The translations under genes and the position numbers were made by a program. Below the pieces are notes generated by a model, which worked only from the letters and a program-made list of their open reading frames with translations, did not search any database and was not told the origin of the DNA. DNA of 64,000 nt, from contig CALWYQ010000156.1 in the NCBI GenBank assembly GCA_944385815.1, forward strand, positions 20,737 to 84,736, written 5' to 3'. This document shows positions 28,413 through 36,568 of this stretch, in pieces. This DNA is from an uncultured Oscillospiraceae bacterium. GTDB lineage: Bacteria; Bacillota; Clostridia; Oscillospirales; Oscillospiraceae. The stretch's first letter is position 1, and each line of letters begins with the position of its first letter.

Positions 28413-30194
28413 ATGGACACCAATATGGACAAATATCTCGGAACTACCCTCGACGGCAGGTATGAAATAGACGAAGTTATCGGCTCCGGCGGCATGGCGG
28501 TGGTCTATAAGGCCACGGACATGCGCCTGCACAGGCCCGTCGCGGTCAAGATACTGCGCGACGAATTCGCGAGCGACGAGGAGTTCCGCGCCCGCTTTCA
28601 GATAGAGGCGCAGGCCGTCGCGATGCTCTCACACCCGAATATAGTCTCTGTTTTTGACGTTGGTCACACGGACGGGGTGGAGTATATCGTAATGGAGCTC
28701 ATAGAGGGCGTCACGCTCATGCAGTACATGCAGAAGAAGGGCGCGCTCGGCTGGAAGGAGGCGCTGCATTTCTCCGTCCAGATGTGCAAGGCCCTTGAGC
28801 ACGCGCACTCCAAGGGCATAGTCCACCGCGATATAAAGCCGCAGAACATCATGATGCTCCGCGACGGCACCATCAAGGTCGCCGACTTCGGCATAGCCGC
28901 CCTCGAGAGCGCGCAGGAGCAGCGCAGCGACCAGACCATAGGCTCGGTGCACTATATCGCGCCCGAGCAGGCCCGCGGCGAGACGCCGGACACGCGCAGC
29001 GACATATATTCGCTCGGCGTGGTGATGTACGAGATGCTCACAGGCTGCATGCCCTACGACGGGGACAGCGCCGAGCAGATAGCCCTCAAGCATATCGCCG
29101 GCATGGCGGCCGCGCCGCGCAGCATCAATCCCGACATACCCGAGGAGCTCGAGCGCATAACGATGCGCGCCATGAACGCGGACATACTCAGCCGTTACCA
29201 GACCGCCGGGGACCTTCTGGCCGACCTTGAGGACTTCCGCAAGCTCCAGAGCGGCGTAAAATCCGCCGGGGAGGGCGAAAACGGCGCCGACGGGATTTTC
29301 CCCGACGTGGAGCCCCTGGGCCGCACCGGCGAGATGAGCGAGGCCAAGTACGCGAGACGCCGCCGCCGCTCGCGCCGCGTGAGCATAATGAGCGGCACTG
29401 TCGGCGTGCTGGTGTTTATGATAGCCATCTTCGTGTTCTTGTGGAACTACTGGCTGAAGGACATCTTTTCCACCGCCGAGCGCGTGGAGCTGCCGAACTT
29501 CGTCGGCCAGAACTATGAGAGCGTGGTGAACGACAACGCCAACCGCTCGCTCTTTGACTTCACCGTGACCTACTCCATAGACCCGAACGTCCCCGAGGGG
29601 CAGATCATTTCCCAGGACCCCGAGGCGGGGCGCAGCCTTATGATAGTGCCGGAGGGCATAGAGGTCACGCTGACCGTCAGCACCGGCGTGCGCGAGTCCG
29701 TCGTGCCCGACGTGCTCAACAAATCGCTGCAGGAGGCCATAGTTGAGCTGCAAAACTCCGGCTTCAAGTATGAGCCGGCGTACTCAACCAGCAACGAGGT
29801 CACGGAGGGCTATGTAATAAGCACCGACCCTGCGCCGGGCGGCCAGCTTGCCGAGGGCTCTACGGTCATTGTTACGATAAGCTCCGGGCCCGAGCTGCGC
29901 ACCATAACCATGCCGAACCTTGTGGGCTACACAGAGGACGAGGCCATTAACATCCTCTACAACAACAACCTCGCCTATGCCGACACGACCTATATCGAAA
30001 GCGAGCAGGCCGCAGGCACGGTCATACGCCAGAGCATAGAGGCCTATGAGGACGTGGAGGAGCACACGCGCATCTACCTCTGGGTAAGCACCGGCCCCGC
30101 CGAGACCCCGGCGCCCACGCCCACGCCGACGCCTCCCACGCAGACGCCTGGGGAGGAGTTCCCATCCGGCGAGACCTACTTCTTTGACTGGTAA
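28413..30194 (+). CDS. prkC: Ser/Thr protein kinase PrkC with C-terminal PASTA repeats
   Basis: It has a Hanks kinase domain (GSGGMAVVYKA, HRDIKPQN, DFGIA), a TM helix, three PASTA-like repeats and a Pro/Thr-rich tail. I chose ATG 28413, behind a GGAGG RBS, over TTG 28401. Confidence 0.9.
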   Translation: MDTNMDKYLGTTLDGRYEIDEVIGSGGMAVVYKATDMRLHRPVAVKILRDEFASDEEFRARFQIEAQAVAMLSHPNIVSVFDVGHTDGVEYIVMELIEGVTLMQYMQKKGALGWKEALHFSVQMCKALEHAHSKGIVHRDIKPQNIMMLRDGTIKVADFGIAALESAQEQRSDQTIGSVHYIAPEQARGETPDTRSDIYSLGVVMYEMLTGCMPYDGDSAEQIALKHIAGMAAAPRSINPDIPEELERITMRAMNADILSRYQTAGDLLADLEDFRKLQSGVKSAGEGENGADGIFPDVEPLGRTGEMSEAKYARRRRRSRRVSIMSGTVGVLVFMIAIFVFLWNYWLKDIFSTAERVELPNFVGQNYESVVNDNANRSLFDFTVTYSIDPNVPEGQIISQDPEAGRSLMIVPEGIEVTLTVSTGVRESVVPDVLNKSLQEAIVELQNSGFKYEPAYSTSNEVTEGYVISTDPAPGGQLAEGSTVIVTISSGPELRTITMPNLVGYTEDEAINILYNNNLAYADTTYIESEQAAGTVIRQSIEAYEDVEEHTRIYLWVSTGPAETPAPTPTPTPPTQTPGEEFPSGETYFFDW

Positions 30195-31072
30195 TGGCTG
30201 AGGGGGTTATAATCAAGGCCCTGAGCGGGTTTTACTATGTGCGCTGCGGGGACGAGACCGTCGAGTGCCGGGCGCGGGGCCGCTTCCGCCGCGAGGGGGA
30301 GAGCCCCCTCGTGGGCGACAGGGTGGTGTTTTCGCGGGACGCGCAGGGCAAGGGCCGGGTGGACGGCATACTGCCGAGGAGGAATTCCTTCGTCCGCCCC
30401 GCCGTCGCCAATATAGACCTGCTGATTGCCGTCGCAAGCGAGGTGGAGCCGGTAACGGACCCCTTCCTGATAGACCGCGTCACGAGCACGGCCGAGTACG
30501 CAGGCTGCGAGGTGCTTATCTGCGTGAACAAGTCCGACGCAGGCAGCTCCGGCCGCCTCCGGGACATCTATGCCGCTACGCCGTATAAGCTCATCGAGAC
30601 CAGCGCCGTGACCGGCGAGGGCATAGCTGAGCTCGCGGAGTGCATATCGGGCCGGGTCTGCGCCTTTTCAGGCAACTCCGGCGTGGGCAAGAGCAGCCTG
30701 CTGAACGCGCTCGAGCCCTCGCTCGGGCTCAGGACGGGCGAGGTCAGCGAAAAGCTGGGCCGCGGACGGCACACAACGCGGCATGTCGAGATTTTTCCCG
30801 TGGCGGGAGGCTTCTGCGCGGATACGCCGGGCTTCGCCTCCTTTGACGTGGAGCAGATGCCGCCCATACCAAAGGACGAGCTCCAGGGCACCTTCCCGGA
30901 GTTCGCCGGATTTGTCGGGCGCTGCCGCTTTGACGACTGCGCCCATCTCAGGGAGCCCGGCTGCGCCGTGCGCGAGGCCGTGAGCGAGGGGAAGATAAGC
31001 CCCAGCCGCTATAAAAGCTATGAACGCCTGTATGAAATTAGCGCCCGGTACAAGGACTGGGAGATAAAATAA
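30194..31072 (+). CDS. rsgA: Ribosome small-subunit-dependent GTPase A
   Basis: It is a circularly permuted GTPase (NKSD..., GNSGVGKSSL) with a C-terminal zinc motif (CRFDDCAHLREPGC). Confidence 0.9.
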   Translation: MAEGVIIKALSGFYYVRCGDETVECRARGRFRREGESPLVGDRVVFSRDAQGKGRVDGILPRRNSFVRPAVANIDLLIAVASEVEPVTDPFLIDRVTSTAEYAGCEVLICVNKSDAGSSGRLRDIYAATPYKLIETSAVTGEGIAELAECISGRVCAFSGNSGVGKSSLLNALEPSLGLRTGEVSEKLGRGRHTTRHVEIFPVAGGFCADTPGFASFDVEQMPPIPKDELQGTFPEFAGFVGRCRFDDCAHLREPGCAVREAVSEGKISPSRYKSYERLYEISARYKDWEIK

Positions 31073-31098
31073 GCCGTGCACAGCGCGGCTTATTTTTT
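31069..31098 (+). terminator. Rho-independent terminator after rsgA
   Basis: AATAAGCCG / CGGCTTATT form a stem, followed by TTTT. Confidence 0.65.
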
Positions 31099-31151
31099 GC
31101 GCCTGTAACACCTGGGCCGGCGGCTTCATATACTGTTTCCGGGGTGATGTT

Positions 31152-31313
31152 ATGCATCGGCGACGGCGCAGGCCGCCGGCCATAGGCTGGCTGGTGCTTT
31201 TGGCCGGGGTGGTGATACTGTTGGCGCTGATCCTTCCGGCGGGCTTCTGGTGGTTCGCGCTGGCCGTCGCGCTCATCATCGCCGGGATATGGCTGTTACG
31301 AAGCTGCGGATAG
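31152..31313 (+). CDS. 53-aa hypothetical two-TM micro-protein
   Basis: I translated this by hand; it is below the track cutoff. The sequence is MHRRRRRPPAIGWLVLLAGVVILLALILPAGFWWFALAVALIIAGIWLLRSCG. Its stop TAG overlaps the RBS of the next micro-ORF. I recognised no family. Confidence 0.4.
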   Translation: MHRRRRRPPAIGWLVLLAGVVILLALILPAGFWWFALAVALIIAGIWLLRSCG

Positions 31314-31322
31314 GAGGTAAAT

Positions 31323-31400
31323 ATGAAGCTGCTGGTCATAAAGCTGCCCGCCTGGCTCTCGCGGATAATACTGCGCCTCGGCGGAGGGGATAAGGAATAA
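31323..31400 (+). CDS. spoVM: SpoVM-like 25-aa sporulation peptide
   Basis: I translated MKLLVIKLPAWLSRIILRLGGGDKE by hand. B. subtilis SpoVM, as I recall it, is MKFYTIKLPKFLGGIVRAMLGSFRKD. They share MK, the IKLP core and similar length and amphipathic character. An AGGAGG RBS lies 7 nt upstream. The position downstream of prkC-rsgA matches B. subtilis, and sipL follows. Confidence 0.65.
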   Translation: MKLLVIKLPAWLSRIILRLGGGDKE

Positions 31401-31452
31401 GCGCGGCTCGCCCCTCATAGGCTTTAGGGAAATTTTTGCGAGGGGAGATACC

Positions 31453-32973
31453 ATGGACTTGACTGTAAAGCGCAGCGGCCTTGAGCTCTGCGAAAAGGTT
31501 TTTGAATACTCCATGCCCGTCGAACAGGCCGCGGAGAGCGTGGTGCCGGATACCCAGCCCGACGTGGAGCGCATACTCTTCGCCGCCGGAACGGCCCTTT
31601 TGAGCGCCAAGGAGCCGCGCGAGGGCGCGATATCGCTCGCCGGGAGCGTGGAAGCGTCGGTGCTGTATGTCCCGGAGGGCGGGGCAGGGCTGTGCACGCT
31701 CGCGGTCAGCGTGCCGGTGTCTGTGGAGCTTGACGCGCCCGGCGTTACGGCCGAGAGCCTGACGGCCGCGTCGCTTGGCGTCGCCGCCGTGGACGCGCGG
31801 GCGCTCAACCCGCGCAAGGTGCTTGTGAGGTGTACGGTGAACGTCTGCGCCGAGGCCTATGCCGCGTCCGTGCTCGAGCTCGGCTGCGGCATAGGCGGCG
31901 AGGACGCCGGAGCCGTGGAGACGCTTACGGAGCAGTACACCGTAACGCCGGTCGTGAGCGTCTGCGAAAGGACCTGCGTCGTGTCGGACGAGTACCGTCT
32001 GCAGCCCGGCCTGCTGCCCATAGGCCGCCTGCTGTGGCACGGCGTGGAGCTCTGCGGCGTGGGCGCGCGGGCGGTGGGCTCGCGGCTTGTAGTAAGCGGC
32101 ACGGCGCGGCTCGCGGCGGTATATGAGGCGGCGGAGAGCAGCGAAACGGCCTCGGTGAGCTTTGAAACCGAGTTTTCGCAGATGCTTGACGCCGGGACGG
32201 AGCTTGTAAATCCCTGCGTGACGGTCATAGCCGCGCCCACGGCTGAGTATATCGAGACCGTCACTCTCGCCGCGGGGGAGAAGGGGATCTCGGCCGAGGT
32301 ACATATGGCGCTGCAGTGCGTCGTATCGGACGACAGGCGCTGCGAGTGCCTTGCGGACTGCTACAGCAACGTCTGCGAGATAGACGTAACGCGCGGCGAG
32401 CTGAAAACGGACTTCAACCGCCGCGCGGCAACGCTCCGCGCCGCCATAAACGAGACCATTGCCGCGAGCCCCATGCCCGTCAGCATAGTCCGCGCGCTTT
32501 GCACCGCGGGGCCGGCCGAGTGCGAGGACGGCCGGCTGCGCTGCGCCGTTACGGCGACCGTGCTGTATACGGCCTCGGACGGCGGGGTATACGCCGTGCA
32601 GCGGCGCATAAGCGCCGAGACCTCCGCCTCGCTCGCCGAGGGGGAGCGCGCCGAGTGCGTGAGGGCCTGCTGCGCCGCCTGTACGGCGGGCATAGCGCAG
32701 GGAGGTGTGGATTTCCGCGCGCAGGTGGACTTCTCCTTTACGGCGCTGCGGCGCGGCGCCATAGGCGAGATATGCGCCGTGGAGTGCTCCGAGGCCGCGG
32801 AGGCGGCCGGGCGGCCCTCCGTCACCGTGGTCAGGGCCGGCGGCACAGACAGCCTGTGGATCCTCGCAAAGCGCTGCCATTCCACCACCGCCGCGATAGC
32901 TGAGCAAAATGAGCTCGACCCATCCGCGCCGATTGCGGGAAGGGTGCTGCTCATACCCGCGGTGAGGCAATAA
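31453..32973 (+). CDS. sipL: SipL-like spore morphogenetic protein (DUF3794 region + C-terminal LysM)
   Basis: It has an N-terminal DUF3794-type region (VVPDTQPDVERIL) and a C-terminal LysM (VTVVRAGGTDSLWILAKRCHSTTAAIAEQNELD...GRVLLIP). Confidence 0.6.
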   Translation: MDLTVKRSGLELCEKVFEYSMPVEQAAESVVPDTQPDVERILFAAGTALLSAKEPREGAISLAGSVEASVLYVPEGGAGLCTLAVSVPVSVELDAPGVTAESLTAASLGVAAVDARALNPRKVLVRCTVNVCAEAYAASVLELGCGIGGEDAGAVETLTEQYTVTPVVSVCERTCVVSDEYRLQPGLLPIGRLLWHGVELCGVGARAVGSRLVVSGTARLAAVYEAAESSETASVSFETEFSQMLDAGTELVNPCVTVIAAPTAEYIETVTLAAGEKGISAEVHMALQCVVSDDRRCECLADCYSNVCEIDVTRGELKTDFNRRAATLRAAINETIAASPMPVSIVRALCTAGPAECEDGRLRCAVTATVLYTASDGGVYAVQRRISAETSASLAEGERAECVRACCAACTAGIAQGGVDFRAQVDFSFTALRRGAIGEICAVECSEAAEAAGRPSVTVVRAGGTDSLWILAKRCHSTTAAIAEQNELDPSAPIAGRVLLIPAVRQ

Positions 32974-32999
32974 AAAATCCCCCGAATGGGGGATTTTTT
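32972..32999. terminator. Bidirectional terminator between sipL (+) and kor operon 1 (-)
   Basis: AAAAAATCCCCC GAAT GGGGGATTTTTT. The hairpin is flanked by an A-run and a T-run. Confidence 0.8.
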
Positions 33000-33005
33000 A
33001 TTGCC

Positions 33006-33566
33006 TTATACCTGCTCTTCCTTAGCCTTTCGGCCGATTTCCCAGCCGCGGCGGAAGGCGGCCTCGTTTATCGGGTTGAGCTCGGGGCGCTTGGCGCCTA
33101 ATTTTTTAAAGGCGGTCTGCAGGACGTTCTCGGCGGGCAGCACGTCGGTATAGCCGATTATCGCGCCCACTATCACGAGGTTGAGCACCTTGGGCGCGCC
33201 CAGCTCGATGGCGATGGAGCCGGCGTCTACCTTTACCACGTGGATATCGCTGCGCTCGGGCTCAATCGTGACGACGGAGCTGTTGGTGAATATCGTGCCG
33301 CCGGGGACGACGGCGTCCTTGAACTTGGCCATGCTCGGGTCGTTGAGGCACACTACGTAGTCGGCCTGATTGACCTTGGGCGCGCCTACGGGCTCATCGG
33401 AGATAACCACATAGCAGTTGGCCGTGCCGCCGCGCATCTCCGCGCCGTAGCTCGGGAAGTAGGTGACGTACTTGTCCGTGGTCTCGCAGGCCGTGTAGCT
33501 CAGGAGCTGGCCCGCAACCATGACGCCCTGGCCGCCGAAGCCGGCGATGATGAAGGATTTTTCCAT
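33006..33566 (-). CDS. korC: 2-oxoacid:ferredoxin oxidoreductase, gamma subunit (operon 1)
   Basis: It has the FIIAGFGGQGV N-terminus and the SYGAEMRGGTA motif. Confidence 0.85.
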   Translation of the reverse strand: MEKSFIIAGFGGQGVMVAGQLLSYTACETTDKYVTYFPSYGAEMRGGTANCYVVISDEPVGAPKVNQADYVVCLNDPSMAKFKDAVVPGGTIFTNSSVVTIEPERSDIHVVKVDAGSIAIELGAPKVLNLVIVGAIIGYTDVLPAENVLQTAFKKLGAKRPELNPINEAAFRRGWEIGRKAKEEQV

Positions 33567-33578
33567 GTTCCGGCCTCC

Positions 33579-34319
33579 TTATTTGGCGCGGAATTCCCCG
33601 AGCGGGAACTCCTTGAGGATTACGTTGTGGACGTGGTCGAGGCTCTCAAGCGGGCTCATGCCCCAGTTGGTCGGGCAGTTGGAGACGAATTCGACAAAGG
33701 AGAAGCCCTTGCCCTCCAGCTGGTACTGGAAGGCCTTTTTGACTGCGGCCCTGGCCTTTTTGGCGTTGGGCACGTCGGCGGCGGTGACGCGGGCGATGTA
33801 GGCCGGGGCGTCGAGCTGGTTTAAAAGCTCGCACATGTGCATGGGCGCGCCGTGCTCCCTTTCGTCCCTGCCGAAGGGCGTGGTGGTGGTTTTTGCGCCC
33901 AGGAGCGTGGTCGGGGCCATCTGGCCGCCGGTCATGCCGTAAATGCCGTTGTTGACAAAGATGACCGTGAAGTTTTCGCCGCGGTTGGCCGCGCTCATGG
34001 TCTCGGCAAGGCCGATGGCCGCGAGGTCGCCGTCGCCCTGGTAGGTGAAAACAAGCGTCTCGGGGCTGCAGCGCTTGAAGGAGCTCGCTATGGCGCAGGC
34101 CCTGCCGTGCGGGGCAGCGACGGTGTCCATGTCAAAGTAGGTCACCGCGAGGCCGCAGCAGCCGACGCCCTGGACATAGCAGGCGTTATCGAGCTGGCCA
34201 AGCTCGTCGAGGACCTCGCAGATTATCTTGCAGACGCTTGAGTGCATGCAGCCGGGGCAGAAGCCCGTCACCGCGCCCTCAAAGATGCCCGCCGGGCGGG
34301 AGTAGACTTTTTCCATCAT
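33579..34319 (-). CDS. korB: 2-oxoacid:ferredoxin oxidoreductase, beta (TPP-binding) subunit (operon 1)
   Basis: It has FCPGCMHS, GDGD and NNGIYGMTGGQ motifs. Confidence 0.87.
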   Translation of the reverse strand: MMEKVYSRPAGIFEGAVTGFCPGCMHSSVCKIICEVLDELGQLDNACYVQGVGCCGLAVTYFDMDTVAAPHGRACAIASSFKRCSPETLVFTYQGDGDLAAIGLAETMSAANRGENFTVIFVNNGIYGMTGGQMAPTTLLGAKTTTTPFGRDEREHGAPMHMCELLNQLDAPAYIARVTAADVPNAKKARAAVKKAFQYQLEGKGFSFVEFVSNCPTNWGMSPLESLDHVHNVILKEFPLGEFRAK

Positions 34320-34332
34320 TTGAGCACCCTCC

Positions 34333-35412
34333 TTACTTCATCAGGCTGCGCGCCGCGTCAAGTATGGCGGCGCGGTCGAGCACCTCTCCGCCGGAGGAGA
34401 GGGCGGTGACTATCCTGGTACGGCCGTGGACGACGCGCTCGACGTCCTCGGCAAACTGGGCGGGTATGCTCATCTCGGCGCTTACTATGCCGCGCAGCTT
34501 TTCAAGCGGCAGCTTTTCATAGGCAGCGTCGGGGAAGGGGTAGACCTTCTTCGGGCGGATAAGCCCGGCCCTGATGCCCTCGGCGCGCAGAAGCTTGACG
34601 GCGCTCTTGGCGATGCGGCCGGTGATGCCGTAGGCGGTGAGGACGATCTCGGCGTCGCCGGTCATATAGTCCTCATACTCGACCTCGGTGGTTTTCCAGC
34701 TCTCGTAGAGCTCGGCGTCGCGCTCGTTCATCTGCTCCTGGCTGATTCGCGTGTCGAGGCCGGGGCCGCACATGACCTTGTGCTGAGGCCCGCCGTGCTT
34801 GCCGCGGGCGGCCCAGGTCTTGGACGCGCGGATCGCGGCGACCTCCTCCTCGCTCAGCGGCTCGGGCAGCTCCACAGGCTCCATCATGGTGCCGGTAAAG
34901 CCGTCCATGAGCAGCATGACGGGCTTGGAGTACTTGTCCGCCAGCTCAAAGGCCTGCCAGGTCATATCGACGGCCTCCTGGAGGTTCATCGGGCTGAGCA
35001 CCAGCATGCGGAAGCCGCCGTTGCCGGAGGCGTGGGTGGCCTGCAGATAGTCCTGCTGAGCGGGCTGTATGGTGCCTATGCCAGGGCCGCCGCGCTGGAA
35101 GTTCGCAATAACTACGGGCAGGTTGGCGCCGGCCATCCAGCTTATCGCCTCGCTCTTGAGGGAGATGCCGCAGCTCGAGGAGCTCGTCATGCTGCGCACG
35201 CCGGCGGCGGCCGCGCCATAGGCCATGTTGGAGCTTGCAACCTCGCTCTCGCCCTGGATGAACACGCCGTTTACTTCGGGCATGCGGCGCGCAAAATACT
35301 CAGGCACGTCGTTCTGGGGGGTTATCGGGTAGCCGGCAAAAAAGCGGCAGCCGGCGCGGACGGCGGTCTCGGCGACGGCCTCGCAGCCCTTCATGAAAAT
35401 CTTCTCCGCCAT
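34333..35412 (-). CDS. korA: 2-oxoacid:ferredoxin oxidoreductase, alpha subunit (operon 1)
   Basis: It has MKGCEAVAETAVRAGCRFFAGYPITPQ and ANFQRGGPGIG motifs. Confidence 0.87.
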   Translation of the reverse strand: MAEKIFMKGCEAVAETAVRAGCRFFAGYPITPQNDVPEYFARRMPEVNGVFIQGESEVASSNMAYGAAAAGVRSMTSSSSCGISLKSEAISWMAGANLPVVIANFQRGGPGIGTIQPAQQDYLQATHASGNGGFRMLVLSPMNLQEAVDMTWQAFELADKYSKPVMLLMDGFTGTMMEPVELPEPLSEEEVAAIRASKTWAARGKHGGPQHKVMCGPGLDTRISQEQMNERDAELYESWKTTEVEYEDYMTGDAEIVLTAYGITGRIAKSAVKLLRAEGIRAGLIRPKKVYPFPDAAYEKLPLEKLRGIVSAEMSIPAQFAEDVERVVHGRTRIVTALSSGGEVLDRAAILDAARSLMK

Positions 35413-35413
35413 C

Positions 35414-35632
35414 TCAGACCACCTCCCTGTAGACGGTAATTGCGGCGTCGGGACAGATCACGGCGCACATGGCGCAGCCTATGCACTCGTCCGGGTTGAC
35501 CGGGACGGCGTACTGGTAGCCCTTGGAGTTGACCGCGCTCGTCGTGCCCAGAACATGCTTTGGACAGGTGTTGACGCAGTACAGACAGCTCTTGCAGGCT
35601 TCCGTGTAGATTTCTACCTTGCCTTTGGCCAT
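35414..35632 (-). CDS. korD: 2-oxoacid:ferredoxin oxidoreductase, delta subunit (2x[4Fe-4S] ferredoxin) (operon 1)
   Basis: It has two CxxCxxCxxxCP motifs. I chose the start at MAKGKVEIY by analogy with the paralog at 52807 (MAKAKANTD). This gives a TAATG overlap with the upstream NTPase stop, with an AAGGAG RBS. Confidence 0.82.
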   Translation of the reverse strand: MAKGKVEIYTEACKSCLYCVNTCPKHVLGTTSAVNSKGYQYAVPVNPDECIGCAMCAVICPDAAITVYREVV

Positions 35633-36357
35633 TAATACCACTCCTTCTCATTTCTGTTTGCGGTATTCTCCCCGGAACCTCCCAACCACTCCGGCAGAGT
35701 ATTAAGGCGTATTGGGAGTATGGGCCCCGATACGGCCTTTTCCACTTCATAGTACAGCTCCCGGAGCACGCAGACAAAGTCCGCTTCCTGGCCGGGAAAG
35801 AGAGCGGCGAACCGCTCAAGCCCCTCCAGCACGTCGCGCGCAGTCGTGCCGGGGCCTAAATTTGGATTGGCGACAAGGTGCACCCGCTCAAGCCGCGCCG
35901 CGCCGAGCACGCGTCCGGCCGTCACGCTTATATCGTCAAGCGTCCTCGACCAGGGCCGGTAGGGGTTGACGATGTACAGCACGCGGGTCTCGGGACGGCT
36001 CAGGAGCTGCGAAAACTGGCCGATCATGTGCGAGCCGTGCGAGCCGCCGCCCACGTCCATGAGCACGATATCATCCCCGAGGAGGGCCTCGGCGACGCCG
36101 GAGACCACGGTTGGGGCGTCAAGATACTGGCTCTGGAAGTGGAATACTACGCCCTCACGCTCAAGAGAGGCCTCGCAGTCCCGCGCCCGGAAGAGCGGCT
36201 TGGTCTGGTCCATGTCAAAAAAGTGCACGCGGCGCGCGCCCTCGCGGGCAAGGCCCAGCGCCAGATTGATGGCGGTCTCGGTTTTTCCGGAACCCGCTTC
36301 ACCTAAAAAAACCACGTTTTTGGCCCCTTTAAGGAGCTCTGCGCACGAAAATGACAT
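35632..36357 (-). CDS. SIMIBI-class (MinD/ParA/CooC-like) P-loop NTPase, first gene of kor operon 1
   Basis: It has Walker A FLGEAGSGKTE, a DMDQTKP segment reminiscent of ParA/MinD DLDPQ, and a hydrophobic strand + D (IVLMDVGGG). Its function is unknown. Confidence 0.55.
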   Translation of the reverse strand: MSFSCAELLKGAKNVVFLGEAGSGKTETAINLALGLAREGARRVHFFDMDQTKPLFRARDCEASLEREGVVFHFQSQYLDAPTVVSGVAEALLGDDIVLMDVGGGSHGSHMIGQFSQLLSRPETRVLYIVNPYRPWSRTLDDISVTAGRVLGAARLERVHLVANPNLGPGTTARDVLEGLERFAALFPGQEADFVCVLRELYYEVEKAVSGPILPIRLNTLPEWLGGSGENTANRNEKEWY

Positions 36358-36408
36358 GTTTTACTCCCATATCGCTGTCCGGCGCTTTCGCCGGAGAAAT
36401 CCGTCTTT

Positions 36409-36437
36409 ATGATATCAGAGCTTTGAACAAATTGCAA
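36409..36437 (-). promoter_or_regulatory. Sigma-A-type promoter for the NTPase-kor operon
   Basis: On the minus strand: TTGCAA (plus 36432-36437), a 17-nt spacer, then TATCAT (plus 36409-36414). Confidence 0.5.
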
Positions 36438-36504
36438 GTCTCGAATTTAACTTGCTAAAGCGTGCCGGTTCCTGAAGAAAAGCTCATAAAGCCTGAGATT
36501 TCCT

Positions 36505-36533
36505 GTTGCAAATGGCAGAAAAAAGTGCTAAAA
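36505..36533 (+). promoter_or_regulatory. Sigma-A-type promoter for yebC
   Basis: TTGCAA (36505-36510), a 17-nt spacer, then TGcTAAAAT with the -10 at 36528-36533. Confidence 0.55.
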
Positions 36534-36568
36534 TAATTGGCGCAAATTCACACGTAGGGGTTGAAAAG

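Noticed and set aside
31106-31134. A confident sigma-E/sigma-K promoter call upstream of the micro-ORF pair.
   Set aside because: Only the -10-like CATATACT is convincing. The -35 region (TAACACC) matches the consensus I recall poorly. It is mentioned as a possibility only, not annotated as a feature.
35632-36357. The P-loop NTPase as a ParA-type plasmid/chromosome partition ATPase or part of a mobile element.
   Set aside because: There is no parB, replication, integrase or transposase gene nearby. It is translationally coupled to korD within a metabolic operon.
36506-36568. The upstream ATG at 36506 as the yebC start.
   Set aside because: The predicted promoter (TTGCAA-17-TAAAAT, 36505-36533) lies inside this extension, and YebC proteins start at MSGHSKWHNI.
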